A stretch of 64,000 nucleotides of DNA, from assembly GCA_041648395.1 (NCBI GenBank), contig JBAZPC010000002.1:29181-93180 (forward strand). The letters run 5' to 3'. The position numbers were made by a program, and so were the translations under genes. The notes beneath the pieces were generated by a model that was not told the DNA's origin, did no database searches, and worked only from the letters and a program-made list of their open reading frames with translations. Positions 8,920 to 17,266 of the stretch are shown piece by piece; within the stretch, counting starts at the first letter, position 1, and every line of letters begins with the position of its first letter. The stretch comes from Minisyncoccota bacterium. Lineage in GTDB: Bacteria; Patescibacteriota; Minisyncoccia; UBA9983.

Positions 8920-9461
8920 ATTATTTTTATGTATTTTGAGGAAAAAATGTCTTTTATAAAATGATCCCTTTTTTGTTTTTTTCTTTTAAATTCTTTTTCC
9001 GTCATTTCAATGGAATTTATTTCTCTCCCTGTTAATTCTTGGATTTCTAAAATGGCCTTTTGCAATTTTATCATATCAAAATCGCCAATAATCAAAAGAT
9101 CAATGTCGCTTTCCGAAACAAACCCGCCTTTGGCGTATGAGCCGAAAATGTAAGCAGAATCAATTCCTTTTATCTTTTTTAGCTTATCAGTCAAAATTTT
9201 TTCAAACCCAAATCCTTTCAAAATAATTTTTTTGTATTCTTTGAGAAACGGGTATTTTTTATTCAAAGAGAAAAATCTTTCTTTTCCGCGAAATTCATCT
9301 AGGAGCAAGCCGTCTTTTTTAAGTTCCAAAAGCTTTTTGTGCAGATTTGACGGATTTTCTTTTATTATTTTTGCCAACTCATTGACGTAAAACTTTTCGC
9401 CTTCATTGAGAAAGAAAAAATTGAGTGTTTTTTGAACCAATTTTGACCGCAGTGATATCAT
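8916..9461 (-). CDS. Minimal nucleotidyltransferase (MNT) with N-terminal wHTH
   Basis: GS-x9-DxD motif (IFGSYAKGGFVSESDIDLLI) preceded by a winged-helix-like N-terminus. It overlaps the HEPN gene by 4 bp. Confidence 0.7.
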   Translation of the reverse strand: MISLRSKLVQKTLNFFFLNEGEKFYVNELAKIIKENPSNLHKKLLELKKDGLLLDEFRGKERFFSLNKKYPFLKEYKKIILKGFGFEKILTDKLKKIKGIDSAYIFGSYAKGGFVSESDIDLLIIGDFDMIKLQKAILEIQELTGREINSIEMTEKEFKRKKQKRDHFIKDIFSSKYIKII

Positions 9462-9564
9462 GGTATGATTATACCATAATTATAGTAAATTTCTACAACA
9501 CACAATTTTTTATTTCTTCTTCTATTGAATCAATTATATATTAATATTATCTAAGCTAAAAATT

Positions 9565-9590
9565 AAAGGCGGGAAACATTCCCCGCCTTT
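9565..9590. terminator. GC hairpin aaaggcgggaaacattccccgccttt
   Basis: Palindromic stem aaaggcggg/cccgccttt flanked by T/A runs, downstream of minus-strand ORF 9650-9904. Confidence 0.5.
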
Positions 9591-9649
9591 TTAAATCATA
9601 TTTTACAATTTTTTCTTCATACTTTTAGAAAGGGTGGCGAGGTGAGGTT

Positions 9650-9904
9650 TCACCTCGCCAAGTCAGAAAGAACTATTTGTCCGCAAAGGACTTTTTTAAC
9701 GGTATCTTTGTGCCCGATACGAATGGGCATGTTTCCTCCACATTTTGGACAAGTTAGAGTTTCACACATTTCTAACATCCATTGTTTTTTATAGCCACAT
9801 TTTTTGCAGATATAAATACCGTCATATTGCATACTATCATCAAAAAGATCATAGTAATGCCTTAAAATAAACCTGTTGACTATGCCACAGCCCATATCAA
9901 ACAC
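9650..9904 (-). CDS. Small zinc-ribbon protein (CxxC...CxxC)
   Basis: 84 aa with CKKCG...CPKCGG. Confidence 0.35.
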   Translation of the reverse strand: MFDMGCGIVNRFILRHYYDLFDDSMQYDGIYICKKCGYKKQWMLEMCETLTCPKCGGNMPIRIGHKDTVKKVLCGQIVLSDLAR

Positions 9905-10224
9905 CTCCTTTTTTATTTAACCTTTTCTAAAAGCATTTTATAAAAGAGCAATATTTCCGATAACTTCTTCGTATGCGAAATTATTCTAAGGGTAAAATAG
10001 CAAAACTATCCTTTAAGGTCAAGGAAAATTTTTTTGGCAATCTATTGATGCCGAAACGTTATTTTGTAGTTTTTCTAGTCTTTTATGTGGCTGTGGATAA
10101 ACTTGCTTGAAAGAAATAATTATGATATATTACAGGCACAAGCAATGGCTTATCTGATTTTGATCAAAACCCGCCTAAAAAGCGGGTTTTTGACTTCTTT
10201 AATAGTGATTAAATCTGTCTTTAT

Positions 10225-10440
10225 TTAATCTAAACTCAAAATCATCCACGTATAAAATATTATCAAAAATTTCTTACCGTAAGAAAAGTTTTTGACTAGA
10301 TTTCCAAGTTCTTTAATTCCCACTTTCCATCCAAGATTTTCCTTCCATTTATCCACGTTGCCATAATCAACAACAGTAATCGTTCTTTCTCTTTTTTCTT
10401 TAAAACTATCTAGAAATTCTTTTATGTCTAGCTGGTTCAT
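10225..10440 (-). CDS. Hypothetical small protein
   Basis: 71-aa ORF only. Confidence 0.2.
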   Translation of the reverse strand: MNQLDIKEFLDSFKEKRERTITVVDYGNVDKWKENLGWKVGIKELGNLVKNFSYGKKFLIIFYTWMILSLD

Positions 10441-10460
10441 ATTTAAACCATTTTAAACCA

Positions 10461-12650
10461 TTATCTCCTTCCTCTAAAATTATTATCTCTACGAGGAGGA
10501 CGAGGACGGTCGCCGTTTCGGTCTCCTCCATTGCCTCGCGGGTCAAGTTCGGGATTGTAGTTCGGGTCGGCTTGTTTTAGGGAAAGATTAATTCTTCCTT
10601 TTTCATCCACGCCGATAACTTTGACCGTGACAATTTGGTCCGGCTTCACGATGTCCGTCACTTTTTCCACACGGAACGGCGCCAGTTCGGAAATATGAAT
10701 GAGCCCCTCCTGCCCGCCGCCGATGTCCACCATAGCGCCGAATTCAAACATACGCGTAACGGGGCCAGTGATTGTTTCGCCCGCTTTAAATTCATGAGTC
10801 AAATCCTCAACCATTTTCTTGGCGGCATCCGTATCTTTGTGATTTTTTCCGGTGATAAGCACCGTGCCGTCCTGTTCAATATCAATTTCCGCGCCGGTTT
10901 TTTCCGTAATACCTTTAATAACTTTCCCCGCCGGCCCGATAACCGCCCCGATTTTTTCCGGGTCAATCATAATTTTGACGATTCTCGGCGCGTAAGCGGA
11001 AAGCTCTTTTCTTGTTTCCGGAATTTCTTTAAGCATCGTTTCCATAATTTCCTCTCTCGCCTTTTTCGCCTGTTTCAATGTTTTTTCCAAAATTTCCACA
11101 GTCACGCCGTCAACTTTAACGTCCATTTGAATAGCCGTGACGCCTTCCTTCGTTCCCGCCACCTTGAAATCCATATCGCCATGATGGTCCTCGGGGCCTT
11201 GGATATCCGTGAGAACTTTAAAATTTTTCTCGTCCTTCATCATTAATCCCATGGCAATTCCCGCCACAGGCGCCTTAATCGGCACACCGGCGTCCATTAA
11301 AGCTAAAATTGATGCGCAGATTGAACCTTGCGAAGTGGAGCCGTTTGACGCCATTGATTCGGAAACAATGCGAATGGTGTAAGGAAAAATTTCTCGCGAA
11401 GGAATAATTGCCGACAGCGCCCGCTCCGCCAAAGCGCCATGCCCGATTTCGCGCCTTCCCGGATTTCCCATTCTGCCCGTCTCGCCCGTGGAAAACGGCG
11501 CAAAATTATAATGATGCATAAAATGTTTTTCCGTTTGCACTTCCATTCCTTCAATCAATTGGACATCTTTCGGCCCGCCAAGAGTGACAACAGACAGAAT
11601 ATGCGTTCCGCCTCTGAAGAAAACGCCGGAGCCGTGGAGGGTCGGCAAAAATCCCGCTTTGGCATAAATATTTCTCAATTCATCCATTTTTCTTCCGTCC
11701 GGCCTTTTGTCGTTTTCCAAAATTTCTTTATGAATGATGTCATTCACCTCCTCTTCATAGAGATCGTCGGCTTGATTTTTCTTTTCCTCGCCGAATTTTT
11801 CCGCGGCGGTCTTCATCCATTGATGTTTAAGGTCGCCGATTTCTCCTTTTGCGCCGCCATAAATGGCTTTATCTAAGTCCTTGGCAATTTCTTTTTTGAA
11901 AAAGTCGCGCATGTCGGCCAGTATTTCATCCAAATCAACTTTTGCCTTTTCTTTTCCAATTTCCGAAATTATTTTTTCCTGAAATTTTTGAATAATGGCA
12001 ATTTCTTCAAGCGCCTTTTCCATTCCTTTAATGGTAATATCTTCCGGAACTTCTTTCGCGCCCGCCTCAATCATGTTTATTTTTCCATTTGTTCCGCAGA
12101 TAACGGCATCAAGGATAGAGCTGTTACGCTCTTCATAAGTCGGATTGACGAGAAAATTTTGTCCTCCGTCAGCTGACGGAATGTAGCCCATACGGACGGC
12201 GCCGACCGGTCCGCCCCAAGGGATGTCCGATAGGCCGAGCGCCAGCGAGGCGGCGATGATAGCCGGAATGTCGGAATCATTTTTAGTGTCAATGGAAAGA
12301 ATGAGCATAGTCACTTGCACTTCGTTTCTCATTCGCTGGTCAAACAGCGGTCTGATGGTGCGGTCAATGACGCGGCCGGAAAGAATCGCTTCTTCCGACG
12401 GCCTGCCCTCCCTTCGCATAAATCTGCTTCCAAGAATCTGACCGGCGGCATAAAATCTCTCTTCATAGTCAACGGAGAGTGGGAAATAATCCAAGCCCTC
12501 GCGCTTGTTTTTTCCCATCACCGCCGTGGCAAAAACCGCCGTGTCTTCATAACGGACAAGAACGGAGCCGTTGGCTTGGTCGGCTAAGTCGGATATTTCA
12601 ACGGACAATTTCTTGCCGCCGAAACTTGTTTCGTATTTTTTTATTTGCAT
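10461..12650 (-). CDS. pnp: Polyribonucleotide nucleotidyltransferase (PNPase)
   Basis: 729 aa with two RNase PH-like domains and KH + S1 domains at the C-terminus. The N-terminus MQIKKYETSFGGKKL is typical. Confidence 0.95.
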   Translation of the reverse strand: MQIKKYETSFGGKKLSVEISDLADQANGSVLVRYEDTAVFATAVMGKNKREGLDYFPLSVDYEERFYAAGQILGSRFMRREGRPSEEAILSGRVIDRTIRPLFDQRMRNEVQVTMLILSIDTKNDSDIPAIIAASLALGLSDIPWGGPVGAVRMGYIPSADGGQNFLVNPTYEERNSSILDAVICGTNGKINMIEAGAKEVPEDITIKGMEKALEEIAIIQKFQEKIISEIGKEKAKVDLDEILADMRDFFKKEIAKDLDKAIYGGAKGEIGDLKHQWMKTAAEKFGEEKKNQADDLYEEEVNDIIHKEILENDKRPDGRKMDELRNIYAKAGFLPTLHGSGVFFRGGTHILSVVTLGGPKDVQLIEGMEVQTEKHFMHHYNFAPFSTGETGRMGNPGRREIGHGALAERALSAIIPSREIFPYTIRIVSESMASNGSTSQGSICASILALMDAGVPIKAPVAGIAMGLMMKDEKNFKVLTDIQGPEDHHGDMDFKVAGTKEGVTAIQMDVKVDGVTVEILEKTLKQAKKAREEIMETMLKEIPETRKELSAYAPRIVKIMIDPEKIGAVIGPAGKVIKGITEKTGAEIDIEQDGTVLITGKNHKDTDAAKKMVEDLTHEFKAGETITGPVTRMFEFGAMVDIGGGQEGLIHISELAPFRVEKVTDIVKPDQIVTVKVIGVDEKGRINLSLKQADPNYNPELDPRGNGGDRNGDRPRPPRRDNNFRGRR

Positions 12651-12746
12651 AAAATTCGCTATGCCGAGAGCCGGATTTTCAGATTTTAGAGCACGAATTA
12701 AAATTCATGTTCTACCTATCTGCCAACCCGAAACCTGTGGCATAAA

Positions 12747-13013
12747 TTAAATTGATAATAGCTTTAATGTAGGACGCCCGCCACTTATCCACTGAAAAAC
12801 AGTAAGTATTAATAGAGAAATAATAAATATTATAGTTGCTAAATTTTTATATTTACTATGACTTTCTTTTAATGTGTAATTATCAATGATAAATAAACTA
12901 AAGACATATAGAATTATTATTAATCCAATTAATATTGGATGAGCTACAAATCCACTAACAAGCGCGATAAGTATTGCTACAAGTATTGATGGTATTGATG
13001 TTAAAATTTCCAT
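12747..13013 (-). CDS. Small membrane protein
   Basis: 88 aa with two predicted TM helices. Confidence 0.3.
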   Translation of the reverse strand: MEILTSIPSILVAILIALVSGFVAHPILIGLIIILYVFSLFIIDNYTLKESHSKYKNLATIIFIISLLILTVFQWISGGRPTLKLLSI

Positions 13014-13026
13014 ATATCAAATTATT

Positions 13027-13545
13027 TTACCCCTTTATCAAAAACTTTTTTGTGTTTTCGTCCATGTCGATGAACTCGTCGGCGATTTCTTTTATTTTTG
13101 CCGAGGTTGAACGCCCGAAGGCGATCACCTCCACACGCCTGCCTTGATTTTTTAAATATTCCACAAGCGGCGTGTAATCCCCGTCTCCGCTGGCAATGAC
13201 AATGGTGTCAACAATCTCCGCCGTCTTGATGGCATCAACCGCGATGCCCACGTCCCAGTCCGCTTTTTTCATTCCGCCGTAATATTCTTGAAGTTCTTTG
13301 CTTCTAATCTCAATGCCAAGTTTTGAGAGCGCTTCAAAAAACGGTTTTTCCTCGCCGGTCTTTGTGGAAACAACATAAGCGAAAGCGCGAATGAGCTGTC
13401 TTTGTCCGACAACCGACTCAACCAATTCTTTGAAATTAACTCTCTTTTGATAAATGGCGCGCGCCGAATGATAAAGATTCTGCACGTCAATAAAAACCGC
13501 CACGCGCTGGTTTTTATATTTATCTGAACTAAAGAGAGAGAACAT
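13027..13545 (-). CDS. NYN/LabA-like nuclease-domain protein
   Basis: VFIDVQNLYH...ASGDGDY motifs of NYN/LabA domains. Confidence 0.7.
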   Translation of the reverse strand: MFSLFSSDKYKNQRVAVFIDVQNLYHSARAIYQKRVNFKELVESVVGQRQLIRAFAYVVSTKTGEEKPFFEALSKLGIEIRSKELQEYYGGMKKADWDVGIAVDAIKTAEIVDTIVIASGDGDYTPLVEYLKNQGRRVEVIAFGRSTSAKIKEIADEFIDMDENTKKFLIKG

Positions 13546-13550
13546 AAATT

Positions 13551-13820
13551 TTATTTTTTCTTAAGCTCCAACTTTTTGGCGAGAGCATCGTATCGTTTCG
13601 CGTCTTTTTTGGAAAGATAATTCAACATTGCCCTTCTGTCGGAAATCATTTTTAAAAGGCCCCGGCGGGAATGGTTATCCTTCGGATGCTTTTTCAAATG
13701 CTTGGCAAGCGACTCAATCTGCTCGCTCAAAATGCCGATTTGCGCCTCGGGCGAACCAGTATCTTTGTCATGAAGATGAACTTTTTTGATTACCGCTTGT
13801 TTCTTTTTGGCTGTTAACAT
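13551..13820 (-). CDS. rpsO: 30S ribosomal protein S15
   Basis: 89 aa. ...HLKKHPKDNHSRRGLLKMISDRRAMLNYL matches S15. The canonical rpsO-pnp neighbourhood is present. Confidence 0.9.
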   Translation of the reverse strand: MLTAKKKQAVIKKVHLHDKDTGSPEAQIGILSEQIESLAKHLKKHPKDNHSRRGLLKMISDRRAMLNYLSKKDAKRYDALAKKLELKKK

Positions 13821-13875
13821 AAGACAAATATATCAAAAACCGCCAAACTTTGCAAATTTTGTTATACTGAAACTA

Positions 13876-14760
13876 ATGTCGCACAATATAAAGGAATTGC
13901 ATCGGCAATTCCTTGAATACTTGGAAATAGAAAAAGGGAGGAGCTTGAAGACGGTTGAAAATTACGACCGAGATTTGAGGAAGTTTTTTGAATTTTCCAA
14001 AATTAAGGCACCCTATGAAATTACAGACGAAGCCGTCCGCAATTTTCGCCTTTGGCTCAACAGAAAGGAATTGAAGAAAAAAACGCAGAATTATTATTTG
14101 ATAAGCTTACGGGTTTTTCTGAAATATCTCGCGAAACTGGGAATAAAATCATTGCCGGCGGAAAGAATTGAGCTGGCAAAAATAGGACAAAGAGAATTGG
14201 ATTTGATAACAGAAGAGGAGTTGGCCAGATTATTGGACGCGCCAAAAGGAAACACCCTGAAAGAATTGCGAGACAAAGCAATTTTAGAATTATTATTTTC
14301 CACCGGCTTGCGCGTTTCCGAATTATGCTCATTAAACCGCGACCACATCACGGACGCCCGAGCCGGCGAATTTTCCGTGCGCGGAAAGGGAGACAAAATA
14401 AGGGTGGTTTTTATATCGGACAGCGCCCAGAAAGCGATAAAGGACTATCTAAATAAAAGGGTGGACACGGAAGAGGCGTTATTTGTAAGCGCCGGAAAAA
14501 ACACAACTCGTTTAGACCGCCGTTCCATTGAAAGAATTGTAAAATTTTACGCCATCAAAGCCGGCATTGCCAAAAAAGTGACGCCCCACGTCATCCGCCA
14601 TTGTTTCGCCACGGATTTGCTTTCCAATGGCGCCGACTTGCGCTCCGTTCAATATCTCCTCGGCCATTCTTCCATCACCACTACGCAAATTTACACCCAC
14701 GTCACAGACAAACAACTCCGCGAAGTGCACAAAAAATTCCACGGAAAAGGAAGAAAATAA
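13876..14760 (+). CDS. xerC: Tyrosine site-specific recombinase XerC/XerD family
   Basis: N-terminal SAM-like domain and catalytic R...HxxR...Y (HVIRHCFAT...LGHSSITTTQIYTH). The start is trimmed from the track ORF (13786) to ATG 13876 because the upstream part overlaps rpsO. Confidence 0.85.
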   Translation: MSHNIKELHRQFLEYLEIEKGRSLKTVENYDRDLRKFFEFSKIKAPYEITDEAVRNFRLWLNRKELKKKTQNYYLISLRVFLKYLAKLGIKSLPAERIELAKIGQRELDLITEEELARLLDAPKGNTLKELRDKAILELLFSTGLRVSELCSLNRDHITDARAGEFSVRGKGDKIRVVFISDSAQKAIKDYLNKRVDTEEALFVSAGKNTTRLDRRSIERIVKFYAIKAGIAKKVTPHVIRHCFATDLLSNGADLRSVQYLLGHSSITTTQIYTHVTDKQLREVHKKFHGKGRK

Positions 14761-16248
14761 TTATTTTACAAACCATTTTTTGCGGATTACCTCTATCTCT
14801 TTTCTCTCCACTTCCTCCTTTGTTCCCTTCGCTTTTTTGCCCAGCTCCTCAAGCTCTTTTTCAGACAACGCGTTCAGCTCTTTTGCCTTGTTTTCCAGCC
14901 ATTCTTCCATGTTTTTTGACGGCTCATCAAGCACTTCTTCTAAAAGAGCGTGTAAAATAAAGCCGATTTTTGGCCCCGGTTTCACGTCCAACAATTCCAT
15001 AAGCCGATTTCCGTCAATTTTTAGCATCCCCACGGAAAGCGGCGCTCTCATTGCCTCATCTATCATTGATTCATATTTGCGCAGGCGATAAGGCGACTCC
15101 TTAGGCACGCCCATGCCAATCCGGTCGCTAAAACGAACCTTCATTAAATCCCAAATATTTTCCGGTCCGACATTGCGAACAGTCCTGCGCACAGCAGATA
15201 AAGTAATCTTGTCCGTATCGGAAAAAAACAAATGATAACGGACAAGCTTTGCGATAAGTTCTATGTCCTTTTTGGAAAATTTAAGACGAGATAAAATCTT
15301 AACGGACATTTTTCCGCCAATGACGTCATGTCCGTAAAAAGTCCAGTCCTTGTTTGCTTCGTTCCATTGTCTAGTCGCCGGTTTGGCGACATCATGCAAA
15401 AGAGCCGATAAACGCACAAAAAATGGCCATTTTTTGGACACGGCGTGATCTAAAGCCCTTAAATTATGCTCCCAAACCGTGAATTTATGGTCTTTATTTT
15501 GCTCTATCCCGATTCCCTCTTCCAGCTCCGGAATGACATATTTCAAAACCCCGAGTTCGTTCATTGCGCGTATCCCTTGATTCGCGTTGTCTGACATAAT
15601 GATTTTTTCAAACTCATCTTTGATACGCTCTTTGGCAATCATTTCAAGTAAATGCGCTTTTTTCTTTATGGCTTCCTGTGTTTCATGTGAAATTTTCCAG
15701 CCCAATTCCGCGCTAAATCTTATAGCGCGCAATATCCTCAAGGCGTCTTCTTCAAACCTTTCTTCGGGATTACCAACGGCTTTGATAATTTTATTCTTCA
15801 AATCATCTTGGCCGCCAAACAAATCTATAATTTTATTACTGATTACTGACGACTGATTACTGACTACTGCCATCGCCATGGCATTTATTGTAAAATCCCT
15901 CCTTTTCAGGTCGTCCTCAAGGTTACTTGTGAAACGGACTTCATCTGGATGGCGCTTGTCAGAATATTTGGACTCCAAGCGAAATGGCGTTATTTCTATA
16001 ATTTTCAATGTTTCATCAGAAACATCTTCATTTATTACTCCAACGGTGCCGAATTTATTCTCGTAAATTGTTTTATGAAATAACTCCTGAATTTGCTCTG
16101 GTGTGGCATTTGTCGTTATATCCCAGTCCTTTGGTTTCGCGTGTAACAATAAATCACGCACGCATCCGCCAACCAAAAACGCCTCAAAACCAGCACTTTG
16201 AAGAACTTTAATAGCTTGAGAGATTATTGGAGGAATTTTGCTTCCCAT
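14761..16248 (-). CDS. cca: CCA-adding enzyme / poly(A) polymerase-family tRNA nucleotidyltransferase with HD domain
   Basis: GGCVRDLLL...RDFTINAMA head domain and HD motif (LLHDVAKP). It contains an in-frame heptamer repeat at 15836-15869. Confidence 0.8.
   Translation of the reverse strand: MGSKIPPIISQAIKVLQSAGFEAFLVGGCVRDLLLHAKPKDWDITTNATPEQIQELFHKTIYENKFGTVGVINEDVSDETLKIIEITPFRLESKYSDKRHPDEVRFTSNLEDDLKRRDFTINAMAMAVVSNQSSVISNKIIDLFGGQDDLKNKIIKAVGNPEERFEEDALRILRAIRFSAELGWKISHETQEAIKKKAHLLEMIAKERIKDEFEKIIMSDNANQGIRAMNELGVLKYVIPELEEGIGIEQNKDHKFTVWEHNLRALDHAVSKKWPFFVRLSALLHDVAKPATRQWNEANKDWTFYGHDVIGGKMSVKILSRLKFSKKDIELIAKLVRYHLFFSDTDKITLSAVRRTVRNVGPENIWDLMKVRFSDRIGMGVPKESPYRLRKYESMIDEAMRAPLSVGMLKIDGNRLMELLDVKPGPKIGFILHALLEEVLDEPSKNMEEWLENKAKELNALSEKELEELGKKAKGTKEEVERKEIEVIRKKWFVK
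15836..15869. repeat. Heptamer tandem repeat (AGTAGTCAGTA family, opposite orientation), in frame within cca
   Basis: It encodes AVVSNQSSVISN, inserted between RDFTINAMA and the iiDpfgG motif. Confidence 0.8.
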
Positions 16249-16302
16249 AATTATGTGTATTTATTATTGGCGTCCGCCCCGTATTAATTTGCCTTAAAAA
16301 TA

Positions 16303-16374
16303 TGCCCCCGCCAGGATTTGAACCTAGAATACGACGTCCGAAGCGTCGCGTGATATCCGTTTCACTACAGGGGC
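16303..16374 (-). tRNA. tRNA-Arg (anticodon TCG)
   Basis: Manual fold: acceptor GCCCCUG/CGGGGGC (one G-U), D stem GUGA/UCAC, anticodon stem CGACG/CGUCG with loop CUUCGGA, T loop UUCAAAU. No encoded CCA. Confidence 0.65.
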
Positions 16375-16388
16375 AAATAATACGGGGT

Positions 16389-16463
16389 AAAAAGCGTCGA
16401 GTGATACCTGCCCCGTACTTACACCGAAGGCGTATAGTATGGGGTCCATTTCACTACGGGCGC
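16389..16463 (-). pseudogene. tRNA-like 5' fragment related to the adjacent tRNA-Arg, with a ~38-nt insertion in the D-loop and no 3' half
   Basis: Acceptor-like GCGCCCG, then GUGAAAUGGA...UAUCAC.CGACGCUU aligning to tRNA-Arg(TCG). It is interrupted by the hairpin ccccatactatacgccttcggtgtaagtacgggg, and no anticodon 3' strand or T arm is present. Confidence 0.35.
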
Positions 16464-16588
16464 AATATATCAAATTTAACATAAAAATGTTAGGATGTTA
16501 AGTAAACAAAAGATGATTCTAATGGACATTCTAATGGACAACTTGTCCGCCTTGGAAGGATGTCCGATAGAATTATGTCCGATAGAAA

Positions 16589-17047
16589 ATGGCTCAAACT
16601 AATAAACAAAAAGTAGGAGAAATAGGGGAGGATGTGGCGTGTACGTTTCTTGAGAAACACGGGTATGATATTATTGACCGCAATTATCGCAAGAAGTGGG
16701 GGGAGCTTGATATTGTGGCAAAAAAAGACGGGGTTTTGCATTTTGTTGAAGTAAAGTCAGTTTCTCGTGTAACCGAATACAATCCTAAAACTGATTTTAA
16801 AAAATCAGTTCGGCCGACCAGTTATTGTCATAACTGGTTTAGGCCGGAGGAAAACGTCCATCCTTGGAAAATGAAACGGCTTTATCGGGCAATTCAGACT
16901 TATTTATTAGAAAAAGTTTCAGACTTGCCCGCCGAAGTTTTAACGGAGGAGGGTGAAACAAACTGGCAAATAGATATCTTAGCCGTCTTTCTTGATCTTA
17001 ACACTAGAAAAGCAAAATTTAGACTTACAGAAAATGTGATTTTATAG
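16589..17047 (+). CDS. YraN/UPF0102-family endonuclease-like protein
   Basis: GEIGEDVACTFLEKHGYDIIDRNYRKKWGELDIVAKK pattern of the YraN family. The upstream region has paired direct repeats. Confidence 0.65.
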   Translation: MAQTNKQKVGEIGEDVACTFLEKHGYDIIDRNYRKKWGELDIVAKKDGVLHFVEVKSVSRVTEYNPKTDFKKSVRPTSYCHNWFRPEENVHPWKMKRLYRAIQTYLLEKVSDLPAEVLTEEGETNWQIDILAVFLDLNTRKAKFRLTENVIL

Positions 17048-17063
17048 TATAATTCCAAATTAG

Positions 17064-17134
17064 CGGGGCGTAGTGCAACGGCAGCACGAGACGTTTGGGA
17101 CGTTTTAATCCGAGTTCGAATCTCGGCGCCCCGA
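17064..17134 (+). tRNA. tRNA-Pro (anticodon TGG)
   Basis: Manual fold: acceptor CGGGGCG/CGCCCCG, anticodon stem AGACG/CGUUU with loop UUUGGGA, T loop UUCGAAU. Confidence 0.75.
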
Positions 17135-17147
17135 TTAAATTAAGAGA

Positions 17148-17221
17148 CGGGTTGTAGTATACCGGTAGTACGCGCCCTTCGGGAGGGCGTAGACTGGGTT
17201 CGATTCCCAGCAGCCCGACCA
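17148..17221 (+). tRNA. tRNA-Arg (anticodon CCG), CCA encoded
   Basis: Manual fold: acceptor CGGGUUG/CAGCCCG, anticodon stem CGCCC/GGGCG with loop UUCGGGA, T loop UUCGAUU, 3' ACCA. Confidence 0.75.
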
Positions 17222-17266
17222 ACTTAAACTTTTTTCAAATTCAGCTTCGTTCAGTAATTGCGAAAA

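Noticed and set aside
10635-12587. Several plus-strand ORFs of 62-203 aa overlapping pnp.
   Set aside because: They are antisense to a well-supported PNPase gene and are low-complexity translations.
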